A stretch of DNA of 54,624 nucleotides, from positions 1-54,624 of the forward strand of contig JAZKJK010000014.1 in NCBI GenBank assembly GCA_040384365.1, given 5' to 3'. The position numbers were made by a program, and so were the translations under genes. A model generated the notes under the pieces. It worked only from the letters and a program-made list of their open reading frames with translations, searched no databases and was not told the origin of the DNA. Source of the stretch: Patescibacteria group bacterium (GTDB lineage Bacteria > Patescibacteriota > Minisyncoccia > Phycocordibacterales > UBA9973). Below are positions 28,753 to 37,018 of this stretch, in pieces. The first letter of the stretch is position 1. The number at the start of each line of letters is the position of its first letter.

Positions 28753-29010
28753 TCAACTCGGACGGGGGTGGGAACTTCCCTTGTTGTTTCCGCCCAGGCC
28801 TTTGATGACCTCCGCCAAGGACCGCTGGCGTTCGGGTGTGTCTGCCAACGCCGCCGCACGGAAAAAATCTTGCGGTGTCGGGGTCAGGTCCAGGTGCGCC
28901 GGACCAGTTTTGCGGGCAACAGGGCGAGGTGCCCTGCCGACGGGTTTAAAGTTACGGGAGACGTTTGAGACGCTCCCCGGTTTAAATCCGGGCTTGAGTG
29001 CTTGCGCCAT
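28753..29010 (-). CDS. Small basic hypothetical protein
   Basis: ATG-started 85-aa ORF with an upstream TTGACT-16-TATAGT promoter (~29119-29146) and a downstream hairpin plus T-tract (~28692-28727). Confidence 0.5.
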   Translation of the reverse strand: MAQALKPGFKPGSVSNVSRNFKPVGRAPRPVARKTGPAHLDLTPTPQDFFRAAALADTPERQRSLAEVIKGLGGNNKGSSHPRPS

Positions 29011-29144
29011 AGGTTTTCAATGAGCGAATGTTGGGACAAGATAGCTAATGTTTTTACTCAGAACCCACCATCCGGCAGGCCTAAGGCATCTTTCCTTACT
29101 TAATTTCGACTCCGATATACTATACACTTTTTCACACAAAAGTC

Positions 29145-29267
29145 AAGCAAAGCAACCCTACATCCCGCAGGACTCTCGACCTACGGTCGCTGGTACTTTT
29201 CCGCCTCGCTTCGCCCGTATGGAAAAGTCTTTCTCGTCCTGACGCAAAGTACGCAGGTACTTTGCTT
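29145..29267. repeat. ~123-bp branched palindromic element
   Basis: AAGCAAAG/CTTTGCTT and CAGGAC/GTCCTG stems enclose CGACC-tac-GGTCG and ACTTTTCC...GGAAAAGT hairpins. Confidence 0.5.
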
Positions 29268-29278
29268 ACGGTCCACAC

Positions 29279-29314
29279 AAAAAAAGACCCCGACGGATAG
29301 TCGGGGTCTTTTTT
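29279..29314. terminator. Intrinsic terminator downstream of tRNA-Ala
   Basis: AAAAAAGACCCCGAC-ggata-GTCGGGGTCTTTTTT. Confidence 0.85.
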
Positions 29315-29322
29315 AAAACGCG

Positions 29323-29395
29323 TGGACCGTACAGGACTCGAACCTGCCACCCCCTCATTGCAAATGAGGTGCTCTACCAGATGAGCTAACGGCCC
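29323..29395 (-). tRNA. tRNA-Ala(TGC)
   Basis: GGGCCGT/ACGGTCC acceptor stem with G3:U70; anticodon arm CCTCA-TT TGC AA-TGAGG. Confidence 0.95.
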
Positions 29396-29418
29396 AAATT
29401 ATTTTCATAACCGGGGTG

Positions 29419-29490
29419 CTCCGAGGGTAGGGATCGAACCTACGACCAATCGCTTAACAGGCGACCGCTCTACCGCTGAGCTACCTCGGA
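29419..29490 (-). tRNA. tRNA-Asn(GTT)
   Basis: TCCGAGG...CCTCGGAG; anticodon loop CT GTT AA. Confidence 0.95.
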
Positions 29491-29558
29491 ATGTATTTAA
29501 TATGCAAATAACCTATTTATACTAGCAGAAATAGCAAAAAAAACAACAAAGTATCTAA

Positions 29559-29582
29559 ATTGACCCACGAAAGTGGGTTTTT
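29559..29582 (+). repeat. 24-nt terminator-like direct repeat, copy 1
   Basis: ATTGACCCAC-GAAA-GTGGGTTTTT, identical to 30255-30278. Confidence 0.8.
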
Positions 29583-29668
29583 TGAGCGAAAAGGTATACT
29601 GCCCCTGTAAGGGGAGATAACTACCCTCGGAGCTAGTAACTTTTTTAGCTTTTGGTATAATTATATTT

Positions 29669-30049
29669 ATGAAAACAAATAGTAAAAAATATGTTGATGG
29701 GTTTGTTATACCAATAAAAAAGAAAGATTTAGCCGCTTACAAAAAGATGGCAGAATGGGGAGCTAGCATGTGGAAAAAGAATGGTGCCCTGGAGTATTTT
29801 GAATGTGTCGGAGATGATTTGAAAATTAGAAAAGGTATGCCACAGAAAGGCTTTATAAAGCTTGCCGGTCTTAAGGCTGATGAGACTGTTATTTTTTCTT
29901 GGATAGTATATAAATCTCGTGCTCACAGAGATCAAGTGAATAAAAAAGTAATGAATGATCCCAGTATGAAAGATTTTGATCCTGCCACTATGCCAGTTGA
30001 TATGAGGCGTTTTGCATCTGGAGGGTTCAAGCCAATAGTGGAGGCTTAA
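29669..30049 (+). CDS. DUF1428 (YbaA-like) family protein
   Basis: YVDGFVIP, GALEYFECVGDD, ETVIFSWIVYKSRAHRDQVNKKVM.D, GGF. Confidence 0.9.
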   Translation: MKTNSKKYVDGFVIPIKKKDLAAYKKMAEWGASMWKKNGALEYFECVGDDLKIRKGMPQKGFIKLAGLKADETVIFSWIVYKSRAHRDQVNKKVMNDPSMKDFDPATMPVDMRRFASGGFKPIVEA

Positions 30050-30070
30050 TTATCGTGATATTTCATTTAT

Positions 30071-30235
30071 ATGAAAACAAGTCATCTAATCTACTCCATT
30101 CTGGCAATATTATTCGGGGCATTTATGGTTGTATATGGTGGAGTTGATGATAGCCCTGGCGGGCAACTGCTCGGACTGGTTTTGGTTATCGGCGGTATTG
30201 TATTTATAGTAAGGAGCAAGAAAAAGAATTCTTAA
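30071..30235 (+). CDS. 54-aa two-TM protein (not in ORF track)
   Basis: Own translation: MKTSHLIYSILAILFGAFMVVYGGVDDSPGGQLLGLVLVIGGIVFIVRSKKKNS*; TM-DDSPGG-TM-basic tail. Confidence 0.75.
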   Translation: MKTSHLIYSILAILFGAFMVVYGGVDDSPGGQLLGLVLVIGGIVFIVRSKKKNS

Positions 30236-30254
30236 TAAAAAAAGTCTTAAAACC

Positions 30255-30278
30255 ATTGACCCACGAAAGTGGGTTTTT
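30255..30278 (+). terminator. 24-nt terminator-like direct repeat, copy 2
   Basis: ACCCAC-GAAA-GTGGGT plus T-tract, just after the 54-aa gene. Confidence 0.75.
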
Positions 30279-30462
30279 GGTTTTTTTGCGTCTCTAAGAC
30301 CACGAGAGGAAAATTGACAAAAATTTAAATAAACATCTTAAATTAAAAAAGGAAAGATTCTATGTTTTGATTCGTCATCCAGTGTATATCCCGCAGTATG
30401 TCGATCGTGGGGTAATTACAAGTTAATTAATAATAAAAATTATTAACCTAAATATAAAATAT

Positions 30463-31812
30463 ATGAAAAAATTACTTAGTATGTTTATGGGTCTTACTCT
30501 GGCCTTGGCTTCACTCCTAGTAGTGACTCCAGGCGCTCTCGCTGCTATTGTCGGCACCAATGGTAGCTTTGAACTGGGCACGGATCCGGGGGTGTTTAGT
30601 AATCTTCTAACTGGGGACAGTGCTAGCGTTACAGACTGGACCGTTAATGCGGGGAGCCTAGATTATATCGGTACGTATTGGCAAGCGGCAGATGGAGCTC
30701 GCAGTATTGATCTAAATGGTAGTTCGGCTGGTTCGATTAGCCAGACTCTGGTTACAGTTCCAGGGGCGACTTATGTTGTCCACTTTAGTTTGTCAGGAAA
30801 TCCGGACGTGGGTCCTAGCGCTAAAGTTCTACGGGTGAGTGCAACTAGTGGTACTCCAGCCTCTCAAGACTTTACCTATGATACAAGTGTCAAAGGTAAT
30901 ACTCTCGCTGATATGAAGTGGGAAAGCAACACGTATACTTTCGTTGCCTCTTCAACAAGTACTACGTTGACCTTCGGCAGCCAAGTAGAGGGTGCGGCTG
31001 GTCCTGCCTTAGACAAAATATCCGTTGAAGAAACTTTGCCACCTGTCACGCATGTGTTAGCAGTCGCTAAAGCTGGCAATGGTGCGGGTACGGTAACTTC
31101 TGTTCCTTCCGGAATAAATTGTGGCGCTGATTGTTCAAAATCTTTTGACAATGACACAGCTGTCACATTAACAGCGACGGCAGCAGCCGGCTCAAGCTTT
31201 ACAGGATGGTCCGGTGATTGTAGTGGAACAGGTTCATGTGCTCTAGTCATGAGTAGCAACGAGTCTGTCACAGCCACATTTACTCTAGATGTTGTGGTTC
31301 CAGTAACCTTCACAATTAGAGCGTTAGCTGGTTCTCATGGTTCGATTTCTCCTTCTGGTTCAGTAGTAGTTAATAGTGGCAGCAATCAAGCTTTCACCAT
31401 TACTGCTGATAGTGGCTTCCATGTAAAAAATGTCTGGGTGGATGGATCTTCAGTCGGTGCGGTTGGTACTTTTACCTTCAGCAATGTGCTGGCTAACCAC
31501 AGGATTGTGGCTAGTTTCACCGCCGACTCTGTCTCTGGTCTCCCTCAAGCCAAGGCAGATTGTAAGGAGGGTGGATGGGCAGGCTTCAGCAATCCAAGCT
31601 TTAGGAATCAAGGATTGTGTGTAGCTCAGGTCAATCATCAGTTCAGGGGTGATGACGATGATGACGAAGATAGCAATATCGAAGATGGTGATGACAGTGA
31701 TGATGAAGATGAGGATGATGATGACGATAGAGTGAGTGCGAATGTCAGTGCGAATGTTCACGCTGGCAAAGCTCACCTAAACGCCAAAGGCAAATTTAAG
31801 ATTAATGATTAA
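30463..31812 (+). CDS. Secreted surface protein: choice-of-anchor C/DUF642-like domain, divergent InlB B-repeat-like domains, Asp-rich tail
   Basis: NGSFE, WQAADG.RSIDLNG, GPALD.; GTVTS.PSGINCGADC, FTGWSGDC; CKEGGW...FRNQGLCV; poly-Asp tract. Confidence 0.75.
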   Translation: MKKLLSMFMGLTLALASLLVVTPGALAAIVGTNGSFELGTDPGVFSNLLTGDSASVTDWTVNAGSLDYIGTYWQAADGARSIDLNGSSAGSISQTLVTVPGATYVVHFSLSGNPDVGPSAKVLRVSATSGTPASQDFTYDTSVKGNTLADMKWESNTYTFVASSTSTTLTFGSQVEGAAGPALDKISVEETLPPVTHVLAVAKAGNGAGTVTSVPSGINCGADCSKSFDNDTAVTLTATAAAGSSFTGWSGDCSGTGSCALVMSSNESVTATFTLDVVVPVTFTIRALAGSHGSISPSGSVVVNSGSNQAFTITADSGFHVKNVWVDGSSVGAVGTFTFSNVLANHRIVASFTADSVSGLPQAKADCKEGGWAGFSNPSFRNQGLCVAQVNHQFRGDDDDDEDSNIEDGDDSDDEDEDDDDDRVSANVSANVHAGKAHLNAKGKFKIND

Positions 31813-31830
31813 ATAATCTGAATTGCTTTA

Positions 31831-31858
31831 CAAAGCCGCCCAGGAATGGGCGGCTTTG
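31831..31858 (+). terminator. Intrinsic terminator
   Basis: CAAAGCCGCCCA-ggaa-TGGGCGGCTTTG. Confidence 0.7.
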
Positions 31859-31929
31859 GCTTTCAGTATTTAAAAACTTCATGACCAGCCAGGAGCCCTT
31901 GATATGCTGACTTGGTATATAATATAAAT

Positions 31930-32181
31930 ATGAGCAAGAAAGGAATTTCTAATGGTGTGGTACACAAAGCGCCAGCGGATTTACGGAAGGCGATTACATC
32001 TCTCCCTGCGGCGAGAGCGCTATGGGAAGATATTACTCCACTTGCCCGCAACGAATGGATCTGCTGGGTTATATCTCCCAAGAAAGCCGAGACTAGAAAT
32101 ATACGTATTGAAAAAGCACTTTCAAAGCTTAAAGGTGGAATGCGTCGGCCATGTTGTTGGGCTGGGTGCATGCATCGTTAA
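31930..32181 (+). CDS. YdeI/OmpD-associated family protein
   Basis: PADLRKA, WEDITPLARNEWICWV..KKAETR..RI, RRPCCWAGC.HR; start set at ATG 6 nt after TATAAT. Confidence 0.8.
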   Translation: MSKKGISNGVVHKAPADLRKAITSLPAARALWEDITPLARNEWICWVISPKKAETRNIRIEKALSKLKGGMRRPCCWAGCMHR

Positions 32182-32237
32182 TCACACATGACCTGTACTG
32201 GTTTCCAATATTATAATTTTCTGGTAAAATAATACAT

Positions 32238-32765
32238 ATGGAAAAATTTAAATTTATATTATTTTCAATTGTTATTCTAGCCTTGGTAGGCATTGGGGGG
32301 TACTGGTCTGTAGCTACTCTACAATCCGGTCCAGAGTATGCGACAGAGCAAAAGTTGAGAGCGCTCCAAAAAGAAAATGAAGATCTAGGGCTCGAAGTGA
32401 AAAAGCTGACCGCTGATCTCAGTGCTGCGCATTCTAAACTAGAAGTCTCTGCGCCGAGTGTTGAAAAAACCGCAGAAGTACCAAAAACCACTGCGTACAA
32501 ATATCAAAGTTTAATGAATGAACTACAGAAACTTGCTGACGGGAATGTATTTTTGAAACTCAAATCTAGTGGGGCCGGAGTCGGCACAGTCCAAAAATTC
32601 TTAAATATTTATAATGACACTTCCAACAAAATAGACAATGATTATGGAGTGGGCACAGTCAATGCAATCAAGATTTTTCAAAAAGACCAAGGGCTGACGG
32701 CGGATGGAGAGGCTGGTCCAGGTACTTTCAGCAAGATGATTAGTTGGCTCAAGAAGCAAGCTTAA
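32238..32765 (+). CDS. TM + coiled coil + peptidoglycan-binding domain protein
   Basis: LKSSG..V..VQKFL, DNDYG.GT..AIK.FQKDQGLTADGEAGPGT (PG_binding_1 pattern). Confidence 0.8.
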   Translation: MEKFKFILFSIVILALVGIGGYWSVATLQSGPEYATEQKLRALQKENEDLGLEVKKLTADLSAAHSKLEVSAPSVEKTAEVPKTTAYKYQSLMNELQKLADGNVFLKLKSSGAGVGTVQKFLNIYNDTSNKIDNDYGVGTVNAIKIFQKDQGLTADGEAGPGTFSKMISWLKKQA

Positions 32766-32789
32766 GATCCTCCTCACCAAGGGGGGGGG

Positions 32790-33839
32790 CTAAAAAATTC
32801 CGGAAAAGATATGGAAAATATTTATGAGTGGGGACAAAATGTAATCAAACCATTTTGGCTGATAGGTTCTGTGGTCAAACAAGACAGCGTCCTGCTTCCA
32901 ATCGCTCGCAATATCTTCTAATTTAGAAACGACTTCCAAATCTTTAAAGAAGATACCCACTTCGGAATTAAAATCAAAAGACAGGAAGTCTAGATTTTGC
33001 GATCCGACCATGGCCTCACGGGAGTCGATGATGATGGCTTTGGCATGATTCATCTTTTTCTCCATGTAAAATTTTATGCCCAATTTGGAGATTTTATAAA
33101 TATAAAAATAATTTACCCGATCGACGATAAAGTGATCGGTATGTTTTGGCACCAAGACTTCTACTTCTACGCCACGCAAGACTGCTTGGTGCAGGGCGGC
33201 TCGTAGCCAGCGTTTCGGTATAAAATATGGAGTAATGAAAATAATATTTTGGCGAGCTCCGTTTAAATAATTTTTATAAATTCTTTTAAAATTAGACCGA
33301 TTTTTTTCTGGGGAATGCTCGACTATCCAAGTGTCCACTTTTTCTCTCTTCATTTTCTCACTCTTATCTAGTAGTAGCGGATCTATGCCCCCCGCATTTA
33401 CATAAGATTTCTTAAAAGAGGCGGTAACTTTTTTTACTAAATTGCCCTTGATTCTGACCATGAGGTCATTCCAAAATCTCGATTTTTGATAGAGATTGAC
33501 TCCGCCGATAAATGCGATGCGTTCGTCCACGACCAACACCTTGCGATGCATCCGGTGGAGCAGATAGGACATGGTGAGTATTTCTACTCCGGCTTCTCTC
33601 AATTCGAGCATGGCGCCATTACTTAGGCCAGCACTTCCAAAAGAATCCAGAATCAGTTTCACGCGCAAGCCGAGCTTGGCCTTGGCCTTGAGTAAATGAA
33701 AGAAATTAAATTCCTTCATGTCATTATTGAAAATATACATTTCCAAATAGATGGATTGCCTGGCGTTTGTGATGGATTCAAACATGACCTTCCAGGCCTT
33801 TTCGGAATTAGTGAAAAACTTGCAAGTTGAATAAGCCAT
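32790..33839 (-). CDS. cls: Cardiolipin synthase-like phospholipase D
   Basis: Two HKD motifs (HRKVLVVD...GGVN; HAKAIIID...GSQNLD); start set at ATG 33839. Confidence 0.85.
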   Translation of the reverse strand: MAYSTCKFFTNSEKAWKVMFESITNARQSIYLEMYIFNNDMKEFNFFHLLKAKAKLGLRVKLILDSFGSAGLSNGAMLELREAGVEILTMSYLLHRMHRKVLVVDERIAFIGGVNLYQKSRFWNDLMVRIKGNLVKKVTASFKKSYVNAGGIDPLLLDKSEKMKREKVDTWIVEHSPEKNRSNFKRIYKNYLNGARQNIIFITPYFIPKRWLRAALHQAVLRGVEVEVLVPKHTDHFIVDRVNYFYIYKISKLGIKFYMEKKMNHAKAIIIDSREAMVGSQNLDFLSFDFNSEVGIFFKDLEVVSKLEDIASDWKQDAVLFDHRTYQPKWFDYILSPLINIFHIFSGIF

Positions 33840-33904
33840 AGAGACATTATACACTAGTTGAAAAATGTGCTATAATAGCGGGATTATAATATAAGAAAAT
33901 AATA

Positions 33905-33979
33905 AGGCACTAGGCAACTAGGCCTTAGGCATTAGCGAATTAAAAGCTAGAGCCTAGAGCCTGAATTTCCTAGAGCCTA
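33905..33979. repeat. Inverted arrays of ~7-nt TAGGCNN units
   Basis: AGGCAC TAGGCAAC TAGGCCT TAGGCAT TAG ... CTAGAGC CTAGAGC CT ... CCTAGAGCCTA. Confidence 0.65.
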
Positions 33980-33988
33980 TACAATCAT

Positions 33989-34114
33989 ATGGCAAAAAGA
34001 GGCACCACACTTAGTCCAAAAAATAGGTCCAGACGTTCTCACAAGACCAAGAAAAGGCTGGCAATCAAGAAATTGATGCTTGCTAAGAAGGCGACTCGCA
34101 GGAAGTCTAAATAA
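33989..34114 (+). CDS. 41-aa extremely basic small protein (not in ORF track)
   Basis: Own translation: [41 protein letters not shown]; upstream TGcTATAAT with the hexamer at 33871-33876. Confidence 0.6.
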   Translation: MAKRGTTLSPKNRSRRSHKTKKRLAIKKLMLAKKATRRKSK

Positions 34115-34131
34115 AATTTTTCATCGTTAAA

Positions 34132-34500
34132 ATGATGAACGAACTCACAGCTGAAGAGAAAAGAGTAATAATAGACAAGGGAACGGAGATGCCCTTTACC
34201 GGCGAGTATTATAAAAACACAGCTAATGGCATGTATGTTTGTCGTCAGTGTGACGCGCCTTTATACACTTCAAAACAAAAATTCGAATCCACCTGTGGCT
34301 GGCCTTCTTTTGACGATGAGATACCGGGGGCAGTGAAGAAGAGCGTGGATGCTGATGGCATGCGGACAGAAATAACCTGTGCCAAGTGCGGAGGACATCT
34401 CGGGCATTTGTTTACCGGCGAAGGATTGACTGAAAAAAATATCCGACACTGTGTGAATTCGATATCAATGAAATTTGTGCCGAGGAAAATAAATTTATGA
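34132..34500 (+). CDS. msrB: Methionine-R-sulfoxide reductase
   Basis: GTE.PF.GEY, CxxC, CGWPSF, CGGHLGH.F, RHCVNS. Confidence 0.95.
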   Translation: MMNELTAEEKRVIIDKGTEMPFTGEYYKNTANGMYVCRQCDAPLYTSKQKFESTCGWPSFDDEIPGAVKKSVDADGMRTEITCAKCGGHLGHLFTGEGLTEKNIRHCVNSISMKFVPRKINL

Positions 34501-34511
34501 ATTTGTTATAC

Positions 34512-34531
34512 CCCTTATTCGTGCGAATAAG
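34512..34531. promoter_or_regulatory. Palindrome upstream of arsR-like gene (operator or cassette end), copy 1
   Basis: CCCTTATTCG-TG-CGAATAAG, just upstream of the -10 box TAGAAT. Confidence 0.6.
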
Positions 34532-34555
34532 CCAATAAAATGTTAGAATAATTAC

Positions 34556-34816
34556 ATGAGACATTATGAGAAAATTTTAAAAGCCTTGGCAAATAATCGT
34601 AGACTGGAAATAGTTAAATATTTAAAACAAAAGAAAGAAGCAAGCGTAGGGGATATAGCCAAACATATTAAACTTTCTTTTAAATCTACATCTAGACATC
34701 TCGCCATACTGTTGGGTGCAGATATATTAGAAAAAGAACAAAGAAATGTATCAGTTTTTTATAGTCTAGCACCCAAATTAGTAAATCTAGCGAAATCAAT
34801 AGTTTCTGAGATTTAG
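34556..34816 (+). CDS. ArsR/SmtB family transcriptional regulator
   Basis: LKALAN.RRLEI, SVGDIA, TSRHLAIL, VFYSL; no Cys. Confidence 0.85.
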   Translation: MRHYEKILKALANNRRLEIVKYLKQKKEASVGDIAKHIKLSFKSTSRHLAILLGADILEKEQRNVSVFYSLAPKLVNLAKSIVSEI

Positions 34817-34842
34817 CTTTTATTGCGTGTTTATTTTATTAT

Positions 34843-34868
34843 ATCCCTAATTCGTGCGAATAAGGGAT
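34843..34868. promoter_or_regulatory. 12-2-12 palindrome downstream of arsR-like gene, copy 2
   Basis: ATCCCTAATTCG-TG-CGAATAAGGGAT; 19/20 identical to copy 1. Confidence 0.6.
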
Positions 34869-34916
34869 TAATGTAGCTATATTTAATACTTCTAGAAAAA
34901 GTGATAGAATATATTT

Positions 34917-35480
34917 ATGAATCGCAATGCATTTATTTTCCATGGGACGGAAGGTCATCCACAGGACAATTGGTTTCCATGGTTAAAAGAAAAGCTCGAG
35001 GCACAAGGATGTAAGGTTTTCGTGCCACAATTTTCCTCGCCGGAAGGAGTGCCAGCAAAAATTTCAGAGTGGTTTGATATTCTGAAAAGTTACGAAAAAG
35101 AAATTAATGAAAACACAATATTGATTGGTCATAGTTTGGGCGGTATGTTTGCTCTAAAAGTTTTGGAACAATTAAAACACTCAATTAAGAGTGCTTTTTT
35201 TGTTGGCACACCTATTGGAGTGAAGCCGATTCTTAACTATGACAGAGATAATAGTTTTAGTGGTTTTGACTTTAATTGGAAAGTGATTAAATCACGCGCA
35301 AAAAATTTCACAGTATATCAATCAGACAATGATCCTTATGTTTCTTTGGATAATGGAAAAAAATTAGCTGAAAATTTGGGAGTTGAACTTACATTTATTC
35401 CTAATGCTGGACATTTTAATAAAAGAGCGGGTTATCTAACCTTTCCAGCTTTATTAGTGAAAGTCGAAGAAATTTTATGA
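34917..35480 (+). CDS. RBBP9/YdeN family alpha/beta hydrolase
   Basis: IFHG, NWFPWL, GHSLGG, SDNDPYV, AGHFN. Confidence 0.9.
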   Translation: MNRNAFIFHGTEGHPQDNWFPWLKEKLEAQGCKVFVPQFSSPEGVPAKISEWFDILKSYEKEINENTILIGHSLGGMFALKVLEQLKHSIKSAFFVGTPIGVKPILNYDRDNSFSGFDFNWKVIKSRAKNFTVYQSDNDPYVSLDNGKKLAENLGVELTFIPNAGHFNKRAGYLTFPALLVKVEEIL

Positions 35481-35968
35481 CTAAGAAAATAATACTAGCA
35501 GGAGGATGCTTTTGGGGATTGCAAGATTTAATGAAAAAACAACTAGGGGTAATAAAAATAGTCGCAGGATATACTGGAGATGATAATATGAAAAATCCAA
35601 CTTGGTTTAATCATGGAAATCATGCCGAAGCCGTTGAGATCGAATATGATGAACAAAAAACTTCTTATAAAAAGTTGTTGGATTTTTTCTTTCAAATACA
35701 CAATCCGACTACTTTGAATCAACAGGGCAATGATAGGGGCACTTCTTATCGCTCGGCGATTTTCTATGGCAATGATGCAGAGAAAAAAGAAGCAGAGAAC
35801 TTTATAGATATTGTAAATAAATCTAAACGCTGGAAGGATCCGGTGGTGACAACTCTCGAACCACTTAAAAAGTTTTATCCGGCAGAGGAATATCATCAGG
35901 ATTATTTAGAGAAGAATCCGGGCGGTTATACTTGCCACGCCATATACTTTGATAGTTATTTAAAGTAA
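35477..35968 (+). CDS. msrA: Methionine-S-sulfoxide reductase
   Basis: AGGCFWG, HAEAV, QGNDRGTSYRSAIF, FYPAEEYHQDYL, GYTCH. Confidence 0.95.
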   Translation: MTKKIILAGGCFWGLQDLMKKQLGVIKIVAGYTGDDNMKNPTWFNHGNHAEAVEIEYDEQKTSYKKLLDFFFQIHNPTTLNQQGNDRGTSYRSAIFYGNDAEKKEAENFIDIVNKSKRWKDPVVTTLEPLKKFYPAEEYHQDYLEKNPGGYTCHAIYFDSYLK

Positions 35969-35977
35969 ACTAAAGCT

Positions 35978-36994
35978 ATGGAAAAAGGACCAAAAGTAAG
36001 AATAGTCGGAGGAGCTTCTACTGAAAAGAAGGAGCAAGCAAAAAAAGAACTCAGGCAGGCTCTATTTAATCATTCTAATTCTCTCAGTTTACAAGAGAGA
36101 GAGGCGTTAGAGAAATTTGAATACCCTAAGTCTTTAAAAGAGCTTGCCCTTATTAATTTTGTGAACCAAGAAACATCCCGTTTAATGCAAGAGGCAGGCA
36201 TCAAGCCATACGATATTCCTTTTGAAAATTATCACATTATTCCACCAGAGTTATATCACCAACTTACAAAAGACAACAGTAATGCTGCTACTGAAAATAA
36301 AAAACAAGCTATGATTTTTAATGCTGAATATTTTCGTGACAATCCTGTAAATTTTGGCGCTGTTGCTCTTCACGAAACGCTTCACCTTAAAGCTCATCTT
36401 TCTATGGAAGTTGAGGAAAAAGACGGCAAAGTAGATTCAACACTTTACCGCGAGAGTGTAGCCATACGAGCGGCCCAAAGTAAAAGTCATCATGGGGAAT
36501 ATCACCACCATTTCACTGGTTTACATGAAGGCATTGTAGCTGAAACTGAAAAAAGACTTCTTGCAAAACTTCTTGATTTACCACAGCTTGCTAAAGAAAA
36601 AGAATGGTTAGAATCAGACGAAGCGAGAGAAATGAGGAAAAATTTGGCACAAGAAAAAGAAATCCCCGAAGATGATATTATTTGGATTGGCAAAAAAGGG
36701 GAAAATGACTTAGAGTGGGAGCTCGTTACCTATCCACAGCAAAGAAAAGTTTTAAATTATCTGTGTGTTGAAATACAGAAACAGTTTCCTGACCAATATA
36801 GAAGTGCAGATGATGTTTACCAAACATTTTTAAATGCTCATTTTACCGGAAGACTTTTACCAATTGCACGGCTCATTGAAAAAACTTTTGGCGAAGGAAG
36901 TTTTCGTCTGCTTGGCAATATGGGTACTGGTAATTCAAGTGGCGTTCTTCATCTAGAGTCACTAAAAAAAGCTAGAGCAAGGCAGATTCGTTAA
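35978..36994 (+). CDS. Hypothetical zincin-like protein
   Basis: HExxH (LHETLH) with downstream GLHEGIVAE as a possible third ligand. Confidence 0.5.
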   Translation: MEKGPKVRIVGGASTEKKEQAKKELRQALFNHSNSLSLQEREALEKFEYPKSLKELALINFVNQETSRLMQEAGIKPYDIPFENYHIIPPELYHQLTKDNSNAATENKKQAMIFNAEYFRDNPVNFGAVALHETLHLKAHLSMEVEEKDGKVDSTLYRESVAIRAAQSKSHHGEYHHHFTGLHEGIVAETEKRLLAKLLDLPQLAKEKEWLESDEAREMRKNLAQEKEIPEDDIIWIGKKGENDLEWELVTYPQQRKVLNYLCVEIQKQFPDQYRSADDVYQTFLNAHFTGRLLPIARLIEKTFGEGSFRLLGNMGTGNSSGVLHLESLKKARARQIR

Positions 36995-37018
36995 GGAAAA
37001 TAAGTAAGAGATCCATTT

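Noticed and set aside
28712-29023. Plus-strand ORFs of 103 and 66 aa after clpB
   Set aside because: They have non-ATG starts and overlap the minus-strand 85-aa ORF, which has promoter and terminator support.
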